Origin: an uncultured Bacilli bacterium
Lineage (GTDB): Bacteria; Bacillota_I; Bacilli_A; RF39; UBA660
DNA: 64,000 bases
Assembly: GCA_947626095.1 (NCBI GenBank)
Contig: CANQQV010000003.1
Coordinates: 64,001 to 128,000 of the forward strand
Direction: 5' to 3'
The position numbers were made by a program, and so were the translations under genes. The notes under the pieces were generated by a model, which saw nothing but the letters and a program-made list of their open reading frames with translations, ran no database searches and was not told where the DNA came from. Shown here one piece after another: positions 1 through 9,861 of this stretch (position 1 is its first letter; every line of letters starts with the position of its first letter).

Positions 1-350
1 TGGGTAATACTTTTAAAAAAGAAGGCATTTCTTTTGTTGTTCTAATATAGAGATATGATTTATTAATTATTAACTTTGTCTTCTCTTTACTAAAATAATC
101 ATATATCATATGCGTATAATTTATCTTACTATAATTATCTTTATTTTTATAATACGCATATAAATTATAATCTAGACTATCTTTATTAAAATAATCTCTA
201 ATCTGTTCAAAAAAATTATAAGCTATTTTCACTTGATCATTATTAAGATAATAAATATTTTCTAAGGCTTTATATAAATTATAAGGATAATTCTTAGTTA
301 AATCAGAATATGACTGTTTAATTTTAAAAACATAATATGTACGCATAAAT

Positions 351-386
351 AAATCACCAATAAGAATATATCTCTTATTGGTGATT
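351..386 (-). terminator. Inverted repeat downstream of tkt, probable intrinsic terminator
   Basis: AATCACCAATAAGA...TCTTATTGGTGATT long stem just after the tkt stop. Confidence 0.75.
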
Positions 387-399
387 AAATATGTCGAAA

Positions 400-2385
400 T
401 TAATTTTTATGAAGATTTTCAACTATTTTATTCATTATTGAATCGTAATCAAAACCAACCTTCTTTAAAACATCATCTTTACGACCACTATAACCAAATG
501 TATCTATACCAATTGCACAATCTGGTGAAGCAAAACGATACCATGGTAGCGTTGAACTAGCTTCAACTGTAAAGACCTTCGCTTGACGTGGAATAATTGA
601 TTCTTGATATTCTTTGCTTTGTTCTAAAAAGACTTCTACTGAAGGCATTGATACTAATCTTGTATCTATACCTTTGGTACGTAATTCTTCACATATTAAA
701 TAAGTTGTTGTTAAATCAATTCCTGTACTTACCAAAACGGCATCTAATCTTTGTGATTCCCTACGAACAATATAAGCACCTTTTTTAACACTTTCGCCAT
801 CTGTACCATCTAAGATATGGGCTTCGTCTTTGGCTAAAACTAAAGCCACCGGCTTCTTATTAGCTAAAATATAATCCCAACAACCAATAACTTCATTAAT
901 ATCCGCTGGACGCAATACCGTCAAATTAGGAGTTGTTCTTAACATTGCTAATTGTTCTACAGGTTCATGAGTCGGTCCATCTTGACCAACGGTTACTGAA
1001 TCATGTGTAAAAATATAAGTAACTGGCAAATTCATTAACGCACTCATTCTAATTGCTGGTTTTAAATAATCCGAAAAGACTAAAAAAGTCGAACCAAATA
1101 CACGAAGTCCAGATAAAGCCATTCCATTTAAAATTGCTCCCATTGCATGTTCACGAACACCAAAATTGATATTACGTCCCATATTATCTTTACGACTAAA
1201 ATCAATTTCTTTAAGTAATCCTGTATGACATGAATTAGCTAAATCGGCACTACCACCCAAAAACAACTTATTACGATCACTTATAATATTCATCATCTTT
1301 GAATTAGATTCACGTAACTCTTCACTATAATTATTTTGAATTTTAAAATTAGCACTACTAAAAGGAATATTTACTTCTCCCGTTTCAATAAAATCTAAAA
1401 GTTTCTTTAAATTTTCACTAGGTTCACTCCTCTTAACACTTTCAAAATAACTTTTCCAACTCTTATAATTATGTTCTGTACGATTCTTAATATTTTCTCT
1501 AACATATTTAACTGCATTTTCCGTAATTTCCATCGTATTAGTTGCAATATTATATTTTTTCCTGATATTAATCATATCATCTTTATTTAAAGGCTTACCA
1601 TGGACTAAATTCTTACCTTCATAATAAGAGCCACGACCAATAACTGTTTTTATCTCTATTAAAGTTGGCTTTTTATTTACTTTGGCTCTTGCTAATGCTT
1701 TATCTATTTCACGAAGATCATTTCCTTCAGGAACATAATCTACTTCCCAACCCATTGTAATAAATTTTTGAATAATATTTTCCGTATTAGCTTTCTTAAG
1801 TTCTCCATCTAATGTAACATCATTTGAATCATACAAAACAATTAAATTATCTAAACCTAAAGTTCCAGCAAGTGAAGCCGCTTCATTAGTAATTCCTTCC
1901 ATCAAGTCCCCATCACCAACTAAAGCATATACATAATAATTAATTAATTTTTGTTTTGGTAATTCTTCTTCTAACAAAGTCGCCAAATACTTTTCCGCAA
2001 TTGCCATTCCAACCGCATTAGCAAATCCTTGACCTAAAGGGCCAGTTGAAGTTTCAACACCAGGTGTAACCCCATACTCTGGATGACCAGGTGCCTTAGA
2101 ATCTATCTTACGGAAATCTACTAAATCATCAATTGATATATCATAACCAGCCATAAAAAGCATGGCATATAATAATGCTGAACCATGTCCAGCACTCATT
2201 ACAAAGCGATCTCTATTTGGCCATTTTGGATCACTAGGATATATATTCATATTATCTACATATGCTGAAAATATAATTGGTGCTGCCCCTAAACAAATTC
2301 CAGGGTGACCACTTTTCGCATACGAAATCATATCTACACTTAAAATTCTCAAGCTATTTAATGAATGAGTTGCATCAGGGTTCAT
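400..2385 (-). CDS. tkt: Transketolase
   Basis: GHPG, RDRFVMSAGHGS, GPLGQG, GDGDLMEG TPP motif, FGVREHAM, DGPTHEP. Confidence 0.97.
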   Translation of the reverse strand: MNPDATHSLNSLRILSVDMISYAKSGHPGICLGAAPIIFSAYVDNMNIYPSDPKWPNRDRFVMSAGHGSALLYAMLFMAGYDISIDDLVDFRKIDSKAPGHPEYGVTPGVETSTGPLGQGFANAVGMAIAEKYLATLLEEELPKQKLINYYVYALVGDGDLMEGITNEAASLAGTLGLDNLIVLYDSNDVTLDGELKKANTENIIQKFITMGWEVDYVPEGNDLREIDKALARAKVNKKPTLIEIKTVIGRGSYYEGKNLVHGKPLNKDDMINIRKKYNIATNTMEITENAVKYVRENIKNRTEHNYKSWKSYFESVKRSEPSENLKKLLDFIETGEVNIPFSSANFKIQNNYSEELRESNSKMMNIISDRNKLFLGGSADLANSCHTGLLKEIDFSRKDNMGRNINFGVREHAMGAILNGMALSGLRVFGSTFLVFSDYLKPAIRMSALMNLPVTYIFTHDSVTVGQDGPTHEPVEQLAMLRTTPNLTVLRPADINEVIGCWDYILANKKPVALVLAKDEAHILDGTDGESVKKGAYIVRRESQRLDAVLVSTGIDLTTTYLICEELRTKGIDTRLVSMPSVEVFLEQSKEYQESIIPRQAKVFTVEASSTLPWYRFASPDCAIGIDTFGYSGRKDDVLKKVGFDYDSIMNKIVENLHKN

Positions 2386-2452
2386 AACATCACTCTCCTA
2401 TTCTTAATTATACCAATTTTTTACAATTAGTAAACAAAAAAGAAGTAACGAA

Positions 2453-3592
2453 TTACTTCCCTTTTAAACACTTAATTGCTACCTCATAAAGCTTTTCCAT
2501 TGCTTTATCATTAGTATTAGAAGCCATATTCTTTTGCATGTCTAAAACTACATTAGGATTATCAGAAACGCGTTGCATAAACTTATTAAACATAAAAGAC
2601 GTTCTAAATCTTTTACCATAACCATGCTTTTCAAAATATTTAATATTACCAACTTCTTGACCACCACTACAATTTATCATTATAACTGGCTTTTTAAAAT
2701 ATAAACTTTCAGTAGTTTGCGCTCCCCCTGGTTTAGATACCACAAAATCACATATTTGTAATAATTCTGGAACATTATTTACAAATCCCAAAGTCTTCAT
2801 ATTTTTCACATCATATTCTTTTATCCACTTATCAACTTTTTCTTTGGCAGCTTGATTCTTACCAGCGACATATATAAAATCAATATTTAAATTACTTTTA
2901 ATGATTTTACGAATATAAGGAAGAGAATGCGTTCCTCCATTACCTCCACCACCAAAGAACAAACAAATAGGTCTTGTTCCATCAAAGCCATACTTTTCTG
3001 TCGCTTTAATTACATCAAAGTCAACACTTGTTGTTGGATGAATAGGTATACCATATGGTTTAATAATACTTCTTTTAACCCCTTTTTTAACTAAGTAATT
3101 AACTTCATCTTTATCACCAACAAAAATCGCTTGTTCATTTTTATAACCACGAAGCCATAAACTATGTGCTTCATAATCCGTAACAACAGTAATTAACTTC
3201 GAATTAATTACACCCTTACGATTGTAATATTCAATTAAGCTACTACCAAAGAAATGCGTTGATATTGTCATATCTGGATTAAAATCACTTATAATTTTCT
3301 TCATTCTTTTATTCTTAAATAAGCTCATACTCGTATGATTAGCAATAGCTGCACTTAACTTTGTATCAAAAATATCATATATAATCGACCACCCAAAAGG
3401 AAATTTTAATAAGAAAAAATCAGTTACTTTCTGACTTAATCGACCTAATATAGGGGTTGAATACTTTAATATATCTATCGCAAGAATCTCTAACTCAGGA
3501 TCTTGTTTTTTAAAATAACTTTGAATATATTCCGCAATCGCTCTATGACCATTACCATACATTGCATAAGTTAGTAAAATTCTTTTCTTCAT
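2453..3592 (-). CDS. MGDG synthase/UgtP-like diacylglycerol glycosyltransferase (GT28)
   Basis: YGNGH, STHFF, VTDYEAH, SKPGG, GQEVGN motifs. Confidence 0.88.
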   Translation of the reverse strand: MKKRILLTYAMYGNGHRAIAEYIQSYFKKQDPELEILAIDILKYSTPILGRLSQKVTDFFLLKFPFGWSIIYDIFDTKLSAAIANHTSMSLFKNKRMKKIISDFNPDMTISTHFFGSSLIEYYNRKGVINSKLITVVTDYEAHSLWLRGYKNEQAIFVGDKDEVNYLVKKGVKRSIIKPYGIPIHPTTSVDFDVIKATEKYGFDGTRPICLFFGGGGNGGTHSLPYIRKIIKSNLNIDFIYVAGKNQAAKEKVDKWIKEYDVKNMKTLGFVNNVPELLQICDFVVSKPGGAQTTESLYFKKPVIMINCSGGQEVGNIKYFEKHGYGKRFRTSFMFNKFMQRVSDNPNVVLDMQKNMASNTNDKAMEKLYEVAIKCLKGK

Positions 3593-3644
3593 ATATTTAA
3601 CCTCTTTAATAGATTATACACTAAAACAATTTGTTTTAAAATAG

Positions 3645-3668
3645 AAAAAATATCAGTTGCCTGATATT
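3645..3668 (-). terminator. Intrinsic terminator of the small ORF 3667-3804
   Basis: Minus strand AUAUCAG-GCAA-CUGAUAU followed by a U tract. Confidence 0.7.
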
Positions 3669-3804
3669 AATTCCCCAATGAAGCAATGTTTTGATTGTTG
3701 TTAATAACCTCCATTCGAGCATCAATAGCAACAACCCCTAATATTAATATTAGGTAAAAAACGATAATTCCTGCCACATTTCTCATCGTTTCACTGTGTT
3801 TCAT
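3667..3804 (-). CDS. Unannotated 45-aa single-TM peptide divergent from lexA; candidate YneA/SosA-like SOS division inhibitor
   Basis: MKHSETMRNVAGIIVFYLILILGVVAIDARMEVINNNQNIASLGN; RBS AAGGGAGTGAGG; own promoter and terminator; missing from the ORF track (below its length cut-off). Confidence 0.75.
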   Translation of the reverse strand: MKHSETMRNVAGIIVFYLILILGVVAIDARMEVINNNQNIASLGN

Positions 3805-3830
3805 TTTTCCTCACTCCCTTTACCATCTCT

Positions 3831-3859
3831 ATCATATTACATACATTTGTTTGTGTCAA
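3831..3859 (-). promoter_or_regulatory. SigA promoter of the small ORF with a putative LexA box in the spacer
   Basis: TTGACA (3859-3854), 17 nt, TATGAT (3836-3831). Confidence 0.75.
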
Positions 3860-3938
3860 TATATTTTCAAAACAAATGTTTGTATTTTTACATTTTTATT
3901 TTACAAGCTAAGTTTTTATAACAAAAAACATTTGTTTG
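3840..3938. promoter_or_regulatory. Three putative LexA operators (variant SOS boxes)
   Basis: CATAC-ATTT-GTTTG 3840-3853, AAAAC-AAAT-GTTTG 3869-3882, AAAAC-ATTT-GTTTG 3925-3938; same geometry as Firmicute CGAAC-N4-GTTCG. Confidence 0.65.
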
Positions 3939-3964
3939 ACTTCTCTATTTCCATATGATATTAT
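3936..3964 (+). promoter_or_regulatory. SigA promoter of lexA
   Basis: TTGACT (3936-3941), 17 nt, TATTAT (3959-3964) with extended TG; -35 overlaps box 3. Confidence 0.65.
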
Positions 3965-3981
3965 TATATTGGAGGTATAAA

Positions 3982-4602
3982 ATGGAAAAAAATATCACTA
4001 AAAGACAAGAAGATGTTCTTAACTACGTCAAAAAATATGTCGTTGACCATGGTTATCCACCATCAACTAGAGAAATTGGTGCTGCCCTTGGTTTATCATC
4101 TCCTGCTACTGTTCATTCGCATTTAAAAAAACTAGAAGATGCTGGATGCATTCGTAAAACTAGTTCTAAATTCCGTACAATTGAAATTGTCGGTGAAAAT
4201 GAATATGCTAAAAAGAATGAAGAATTAGTTAAAGTTCCATTACTTGGAAAAGTTGCTTGTGGTAATCCTATCGAAGCAATTGAAAACCCTGATGACTGGT
4301 TTACTTTACCAGCTAGTATTATTCCAGCTAAAGAAACAATCTTTACTTTAAAAGCTAGTGGTGAATCAATGATAAACAAAGGTATTTATGATGGAGATAT
4401 TATCATTGTTCAAAAACAAAACGTCGCTCGTAATGGTGAAATAGTCGTTGCTATGACTCCCGATGGTGATGTTACCTTAAAGACATTCTATAAAGAAAAG
4501 GATCACATTAGATTGCAACCCGAAAATGATACAATGAGTCCTATTATTTTAGACAATTGTACTATTCTAGGTAAAGCAGTTGGTTTATATCGTCAAATAT
4601 AA
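3982..4602 (+). CDS. lexA: LexA SOS repressor
   Basis: GYPPSTREIG wHTH, VACG cleavage site, GESM serine, TLKTF lysine; start moved to ATG 3982 after GGAGG. Confidence 0.96.
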   Translation: MEKNITKRQEDVLNYVKKYVVDHGYPPSTREIGAALGLSSPATVHSHLKKLEDAGCIRKTSSKFRTIEIVGENEYAKKNEELVKVPLLGKVACGNPIEAIENPDDWFTLPASIIPAKETIFTLKASGESMINKGIYDGDIIIVQKQNVARNGEIVVAMTPDGDVTLKTFYKEKDHIRLQPENDTMSPIILDNCTILGKAVGLYRQI

Positions 4603-4631
4603 AAAGATTCAATCAATCGATTGAATCTTTT
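4601..4631. terminator. Bidirectional terminator between lexA and rhomboid gene
   Basis: AAAAGATTCAATC-AATC-GATTGAATCTTTT between convergent genes. Confidence 0.85.
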
Positions 4632-5807
4632 CTATTTAAAGAATATTAAATATACTAAGGCTACAACATATATTAACAAACATATTATACCATTTACTTT
4701 TTCAAAATTTTTAGATTTTCCATCTATTCCTAAAGCCATAGTTATTAAGATACCACCAACTAAGCCTCCAACATGACAGAAATTATCTATTCCGCTTATC
4801 ATACAACCAATTAACAAGTTAATAACAATAACAGGTATTATTTGTCTTCTTAAAGCATCACCTAAGTAAGTACGATAATGATAACCAAAATACAATAATG
4901 ATCCAGCTAAACCAAAGATAGCTCCCGAAGCACCAACGGCAATAATATTGCTATCCATTGTTGCAATTGAAAGTAAACTACCACATAAACCACTTACTAA
5001 ATATATAATAATAAACTTTGTTTTACCTAAGAACGTTTCTATTTGACGCCCTAAAATATTTAACGAATACATATTAACTAATAAATGAACAAGTGAAGCA
5101 TGTAAAAACATTGAAGTAAATAAACGCCATATTTCGCCATTCTTAACTAAGTTAACATTATCGCCACCCATTTGGCTTAAAACAGTCGCAATATAATGAT
5201 TATCACTACCAAATAAGAACTCACTGCCACCTTTTAAACAAGTCAAACCAAAAACAATAACGCATAAAGCAATTAATAAATAAGTAACAACTATTTTTTT
5301 TGGTCTAAAAGTTTTTTCATATACTATATTATCTCTTTCCGTTTTTTGATTTATATCTTTAGTTACATTCAATATTAATTCAACTCCATTTGTATCCTTT
5401 AATAACTTTTCATTAATATTTGGAAAAGCCTCTAAAATTCCTTCATTCGTAATATTTAAATCCGTACCATCTAAAGAAACTGGCATAATGTGCTTAGTTC
5501 CCTCTAGTTTTAAATCTTCATTAACATCAAGTAAAATATTTAAGGTATTAACATTAAAAGAAAAAGTTTTCTTTTTTATCTGTCTAACAATACTTTCAAT
5601 TTTATAATTATCATACTCTAATTGTTCTTTATTAAAAATATTGTTTGAATTTATTCTAACGATACGATATGGCCCTTCTGAATTTTCCAACCATATTTCA
5701 TCTTTAACACCGTTAACAACAATAGGATTATAATTTCCTTCAGTTATAAAATAATGAACTAATTTCATGATTATTTCATCTTTTGTGTTCATTACAATAG
5801 TACTCAT
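4632..5807 (-). CDS. Rhomboid intramembrane serine protease with N-terminal soluble domain (GluP/YqgP-like)
   Basis: WRLFTSMFLH, HLLVN, GASGA, HVGG. Confidence 0.92.
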   Translation of the reverse strand: MSTIVMNTKDEIIMKLVHYFITEGNYNPIVVNGVKDEIWLENSEGPYRIVRINSNNIFNKEQLEYDNYKIESIVRQIKKKTFSFNVNTLNILLDVNEDLKLEGTKHIMPVSLDGTDLNITNEGILEAFPNINEKLLKDTNGVELILNVTKDINQKTERDNIVYEKTFRPKKIVVTYLLIALCVIVFGLTCLKGGSEFLFGSDNHYIATVLSQMGGDNVNLVKNGEIWRLFTSMFLHASLVHLLVNMYSLNILGRQIETFLGKTKFIIIYLVSGLCGSLLSIATMDSNIIAVGASGAIFGLAGSLLYFGYHYRTYLGDALRRQIIPVIVINLLIGCMISGIDNFCHVGGLVGGILITMALGIDGKSKNFEKVNGIICLLIYVVALVYLIFFK

Positions 5808-5951
5808 AAGATTCCTCCTATCTAATATTTTATTATAATTTTTCTAACTCGTAAAGCTTAATCAATATCATAGCTGTTAAGTAAAATATTTGCAAGTTAT
5901 TTCATTCATAGTTTATCTTTTTTTTAATAAGATTAACTATGAGGTGAAATA

Positions 5952-6287
5952 ATGGTTTATATCTTAGTTATTTTATATGCCGTAGTTTTATTTTTATTAT
6001 CTTTTTTATTCTGTCATATTATATATGAAAAAAAGATGAAAAACGATTTATTCTTTTTCGTTATTTCTAACTTTATCTTATCTTTTTCTTTTCTAGTCTT
6101 CTTCTTTTATTATAAAGACTACTTATTTAGCTTAGTAAATATCTTTATTTTACTTATTAATACTATTTTCTTAAGCTACGAAATCCGTCTAACTTACGAC
6201 AAATATAAATTATTCTCTATGCCTTACTTAATCTATATTGTTTTTATCTTTTATCTTATTTTTGACTTGTTTCTAATGAATCTATAA
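5952..6287 (+). CDS. Small membrane protein resembling a shortened TspO/MBR protein
   Basis: Hydrophobic helices, FFFYYK and MPYLIY..F..YL...N C-terminus; RBS GAGGTG. Confidence 0.55.
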   Translation: MVYILVILYAVVLFLLSFLFCHIIYEKKMKNDLFFFVISNFILSFSFLVFFFYYKDYLFSLVNIFILLINTIFLSYEIRLTYDKYKLFSMPYLIYIVFIFYLIFDLFLMNL

Positions 6288-7161
6288 ACTTTTGAAAATA
6301 CTCTGGTAAAGGACATTCAAAATGTAAATGTTCTTTTGTTATTGGATGAATCATATCAATCTTCGCTGAATGCAAAAACTGACCAAATTCTGTTGCCTTC
6401 TTCGTATTATAAACCGGATCATTATATATTGGATAACCAATATAATTCATATGTACTCTTATTTGATGTGTTCTCCCTGTTTTTAATACTAAACTTACCA
6501 AAGTATAACCTTTATACCTTTTTAATACTTTCATATAAGTAATTGCTTCTTTAGCATTTTTATCTGTAACCGTCATCTTCTTACGATCTTTAGAATCTCT
6601 TCCTATCGGTGCATCAATCGTCGCTGAATCATGGGGAAACTCCCCACATATTAAAGCAATATACTCTCTTTTAATATTTTCATGATTTTTAAAATAATCA
6701 GTTAATATCGCATGCGTTTTATTATTCTTTGCTACCACTAATAATCCTGATGTATCTTTATCAATACGATGAACTATTCCTGGTCTTTCTTCACCATTTA
6801 TATCACTTAAAAAATCTGTATAATACATAAGACCATTTACTAAAGTATTATCATGATTGCCACTACCAGGATGAACTACTAAACCACTAGGTTTATTAAT
6901 AACCATTAAATCATCATCTTCATAAACAATATCTAACTTCATTTCCGTCGGCGTAACATCTACTTCTTTTATATAGTTATCTGTAACATCTATTTCATCA
7001 TTTTCTCTTACCTTATAAGAAGCTTTTATTTCTTTTCCATTAACTAAAACATCATTACTATCTAACATTTTAGCAATCACCGAACGTGTATAATCTGTTT
7101 TACTTGCTAGATACTTGTCTAGTCTTTCGTTCTCTTCTTCCTTTAGAACTTTTATCTTCAT
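6256..7161 (-). CDS. rluD: RluA/RluD-family pseudouridine synthase
   Basis: S4 domain RLDKYL, NKPSGLVVHP, HRIDKDTSG, TGRTHQIRVH. Confidence 0.92.
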   Translation of the reverse strand: MKIKVLKEEENERLDKYLASKTDYTRSVIAKMLDSNDVLVNGKEIKASYKVRENDEIDVTDNYIKEVDVTPTEMKLDIVYEDDDLMVINKPSGLVVHPGSGNHDNTLVNGLMYYTDFLSDINGEERPGIVHRIDKDTSGLLVVAKNNKTHAILTDYFKNHENIKREYIALICGEFPHDSATIDAPIGRDSKDRKKMTVTDKNAKEAITYMKVLKRYKGYTLVSLVLKTGRTHQIRVHMNYIGYPIYNDPVYNTKKATEFGQFLHSAKIDMIHPITKEHLHFECPLPEYFQKFIDSLETSQK

Positions 7162-7621
7162 TTACATCTTCCCCTTTAATTGTCGCATAAATCAGTAACA
7201 AAATTCCAACAACTATCGCTACATCAGCAACATTAAAAACTGGATAATCATACTTAAATATATAAAAATCAAAGAAATCTCTTACATATCCATATATTAT
7301 ACGATCTATTAAATTACCAGCTAATCCTCCAATTAATAAACCAAAAGCCATATCATTTCTTTTATTTTTTTTAAAGCAAAAAATAAAATGATAAATTAAA
7401 ACAATTGCTAATAAAGTCCCTATTATTATTAAAATTTTATAATTCTGTAAAATTCCCCATGCTGCTCCATAATTATGACATAAAGTTAAATTAAAAAAAT
7501 TAGGTATAACAACTAAACTCTTATTTAATTTCAAATAAATAGAAGCAAGTATTTTACTTATTTGATCCAGTGCTAAAATGATTGATGCCACAATTAAGAT
7601 TTTCTTATTCATTTTGGCCAC
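7100..7621 (-). CDS. lspA: Lipoprotein signal peptidase II
   Basis: DQISK, NYGAAWG, GNLIDRI, VRDF, PVFNVAD; lspA-rluD synteny. Confidence 0.95.
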   Translation of the reverse strand: MAKMNKKILIVASIILALDQISKILASIYLKLNKSLVVIPNFFNLTLCHNYGAAWGILQNYKILIIIGTLLAIVLIYHFIFCFKKNKRNDMAFGLLIGGLAGNLIDRIIYGYVRDFFDFYIFKYDYPVFNVADVAIVVGILLLIYATIKGEDVNEDKSSKGRRERKTRQVSSK

Positions 7622-7636
7622 CTCACTTAAATTATA

Positions 7637-7861
7637 TCACAAGTTAACTAAAATTACATCTTCTCCTATTTTAGAAATATCATCAAAAGATACTTTAGTA
7701 TCTTCTGTTGATATCATAAATTTACGCCATGTTTTCTTTTCTTCAATAATTAAATATATTATTCTTCCCTGACTATTAATCTCTGCATCCACTATTTTAC
7801 CTATTCTACGTCCATCTTTAACACTTATAATATCTTTACTTTGTAAATCTGATAAAAACAT
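7637..7861 (-). CDS. ylmC: YlmC/YmxH PRC-barrel sporulation protein
   Basis: LSDLQSKDIISVKDGRRIG...ISKIGEDVILV; directly downstream of sigG. Confidence 0.9.
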   Translation of the reverse strand: MFLSDLQSKDIISVKDGRRIGKIVDAEINSQGRIIYLIIEEKKTWRKFMISTEDTKVSFDDISKIGEDVILVNL

Positions 7862-7891
7862 ATAACCACCTGCTTAATTATATGTTACTTT

Positions 7892-8665
7892 TTATTTCAC
7901 TAGTCTTTTAATATTATCTAAAGCTGTTTTTTCAATTCTTGATACTTGAGCTTGTGAAATATGTAATTCTTCACTTAATTCAGTTTGCGTCTTACCAATT
8001 ATATAACGACTATAAATTATCTTTCGTTCACGGTTCTTTAACTTACTTAAAGCTTTTCTAAGTAATAGTAAAGTTTCTCGATCATACTCTGGCCCTGGTG
8101 ATGCTATTTGATCTGATAAATATATCGTATCTCCACCATCATTATATATCGGTGTATTAATACTAATTGGTTCTTTTAAAGATGTTAAAGCATAAGAAAT
8201 AAGATATTCTTCAATTCCTAATTCTTTAGCAATCTCCTCATTACTAGGTTCATTACCATAAGTATTATAATATTTCTCTTTATAAGTTAATATCTTATAA
8301 GCTAAATCTTTAGTACTACGACTAACTCTAATTGGTGTCTCATCTCTAAAAGCCCTTAATATTTCTCCTTTAATTAAAAATACCGCATAAGTACTAAAAC
8401 AGACATTTAAATTTAAATCAAAATTATCAATGGCCTTTATTAAACCTATACAACCTATTTGAAACATATCATTAATATTATTAGCATTAGTTTTAAACCT
8501 TTTTAAAATACTTAAAACTAATTTTAAATTACCTTCTACTAACTTATCTTTAGCTTCTTTACTTCCTTTCTTCATCTCTTTAAATAACTCAATCATTTCT
8601 TCATTACTTAATGTTTTTAAAGTACTAGTATTTATTCCTGCTATTTCAACTTTACGATTATACAT
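7892..8665 (-). CDS. sigG: Forespore sigma factor SigG
   Basis: N-terminus RKVEIAGINTSTL typical of SigG, GNLKLVLS, DMFQIGCIGLIKAIDNFD, ISQAQVSRIEK; start moved to 8665 after AAGGAG. Confidence 0.9.
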   Translation of the reverse strand: MYNRKVEIAGINTSTLKTLSNEEMIELFKEMKKGSKEAKDKLVEGNLKLVLSILKRFKTNANNINDMFQIGCIGLIKAIDNFDLNLNVCFSTYAVFLIKGEILRAFRDETPIRVSRSTKDLAYKILTYKEKYYNTYGNEPSNEEIAKELGIEEYLISYALTSLKEPISINTPIYNDGGDTIYLSDQIASPGPEYDRETLLLLRKALSKLKNRERKIIYSRYIIGKTQTELSEELHISQAQVSRIEKTALDNIKRLVK

Positions 8666-8759
8666 AATTAAAACTCCTTTCAACCTTATATAGGTTAGAA
8701 ACAAGTTATTTTATGCAAATTGTTCTTACCATTAAAAAAATTAGAATATTTTCTAATTT

Positions 8760-9707
8760 TTATTCATAATTATTTTCATAAAATTCTTCAAAAATATCTA
8801 AAAGATATTCTCGACAAGCAATTGCTTTCTTCCATTCCTCAGGTATTAATTCATCACCATATATAATTCCTGATAAACCACCAGTTAAAGCGCCAATCGT
8901 ATCCGTATCATCACCTAGATTAACTGCGCCAATTATTGCTTCCTTAAAGTTCTCACTCTGTAAAGTAACCCATATCGCACTTTCCAAAGTATCAACAATA
9001 TAACCCGTTGATGCGATATCATTTATTGTCAATTTTGCAATATCATCTTTTAATAAACGATCATAAACTTTTCTCGTTTCTTCACTAAACATCGAATAAT
9101 CAATACTCTTAATCATACTATAAGCTGCAAATTTATCTTTTCCGTTAAGTAAAAACATTGCATATCTTACATATATATAGCAACCCATTATACTTATTTC
9201 ATGCGCATGAGTTAAAGAAGATACATCACGAACAACATCTAAGATTTCGTTATCTTTTAATCTTTTCTCTACGGCATAATAAGCAATTGGTAATATACGC
9301 ATTAATGAACCATTACCATTTGATTTAATATCACTTAAACCACAAGTATAAGGATCATGGCTCTCTTCATAATTACAGATTGATTGCAAACAAGTTCTAC
9401 CAATATCAAACACTTCACCTAAAGCTGTATAAGTCGCATGATTTTTCCATGCTACAAATTTAAGTGCAATATCATTTAAATCTATGGTTTGTTTCGAATT
9501 AATTGAATCAATCGTTGCAATCATCATTGAAGTATCATCTGACCATGTTCCCGCTGGTAGATTATAAGTCCCATTACCTGTCATTTTTGTAATAGGATTC
9601 TTTAGTAACTCATGACGTGAAACAAATTCAACTGGTACACCAAAAGCATCCCCAATAACAAAACCCATTAAACCACCAAGATATTTCGACTTCATAATCT
9701 CACCCAC
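8760..9707 (-). CDS. ADP-ribosylglycohydrolase (DraG/ARH family)
   Basis: GDAFG, WSDDT, GNGSLMR, TH, GDDTDT all intact. Confidence 0.93.
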   Translation of the reverse strand: MGEIMKSKYLGGLMGFVIGDAFGVPVEFVSRHELLKNPITKMTGNGTYNLPAGTWSDDTSMMIATIDSINSKQTIDLNDIALKFVAWKNHATYTALGEVFDIGRTCLQSICNYEESHDPYTCGLSDIKSNGNGSLMRILPIAYYAVEKRLKDNEILDVVRDVSSLTHAHEISIMGCYIYVRYAMFLLNGKDKFAAYSMIKSIDYSMFSEETRKVYDRLLKDDIAKLTINDIASTGYIVDTLESAIWVTLQSENFKEAIIGAVNLGDDTDTIGALTGGLSGIIYGDELIPEEWKKAIACREYLLDIFEEFYENNYE

Positions 9708-9861
9708 CTAGTAATATTTTACCAAATGTAATTTATAAAGTCTATTTTTTATTTTTATTAAATCTCATTTCAACAAACAAGTTTTTATAATACCTGTATA
9801 AAAGAAATTTATTTGAGCAATCTATATAATAAAAATACCTAAATAAGTGAGGTGATTTCTA

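Noticed and set aside
400-2385. Transketolase variants (GQDGPTHEP, LAKDE instead of LSRQ) as another dead enzyme
   Set aside because: The TPP-binding motif, catalytic histidines and the VREH glutamate are intact; the changes are modest.
3623-3637. AAAACAATTTGTTTT upstream of the glycolipid synthase as a fourth LexA box
   Set aside because: The spacer is 5 nt rather than 4 and it lacks the terminal G of the other three boxes.
5906-5933. SigE-like promoter (TCATAGT...AATAAGAT) before the TspO-like gene
   Set aside because: 13-nt spacer and a mismatched -10 in very AT-rich DNA; too weak to call.
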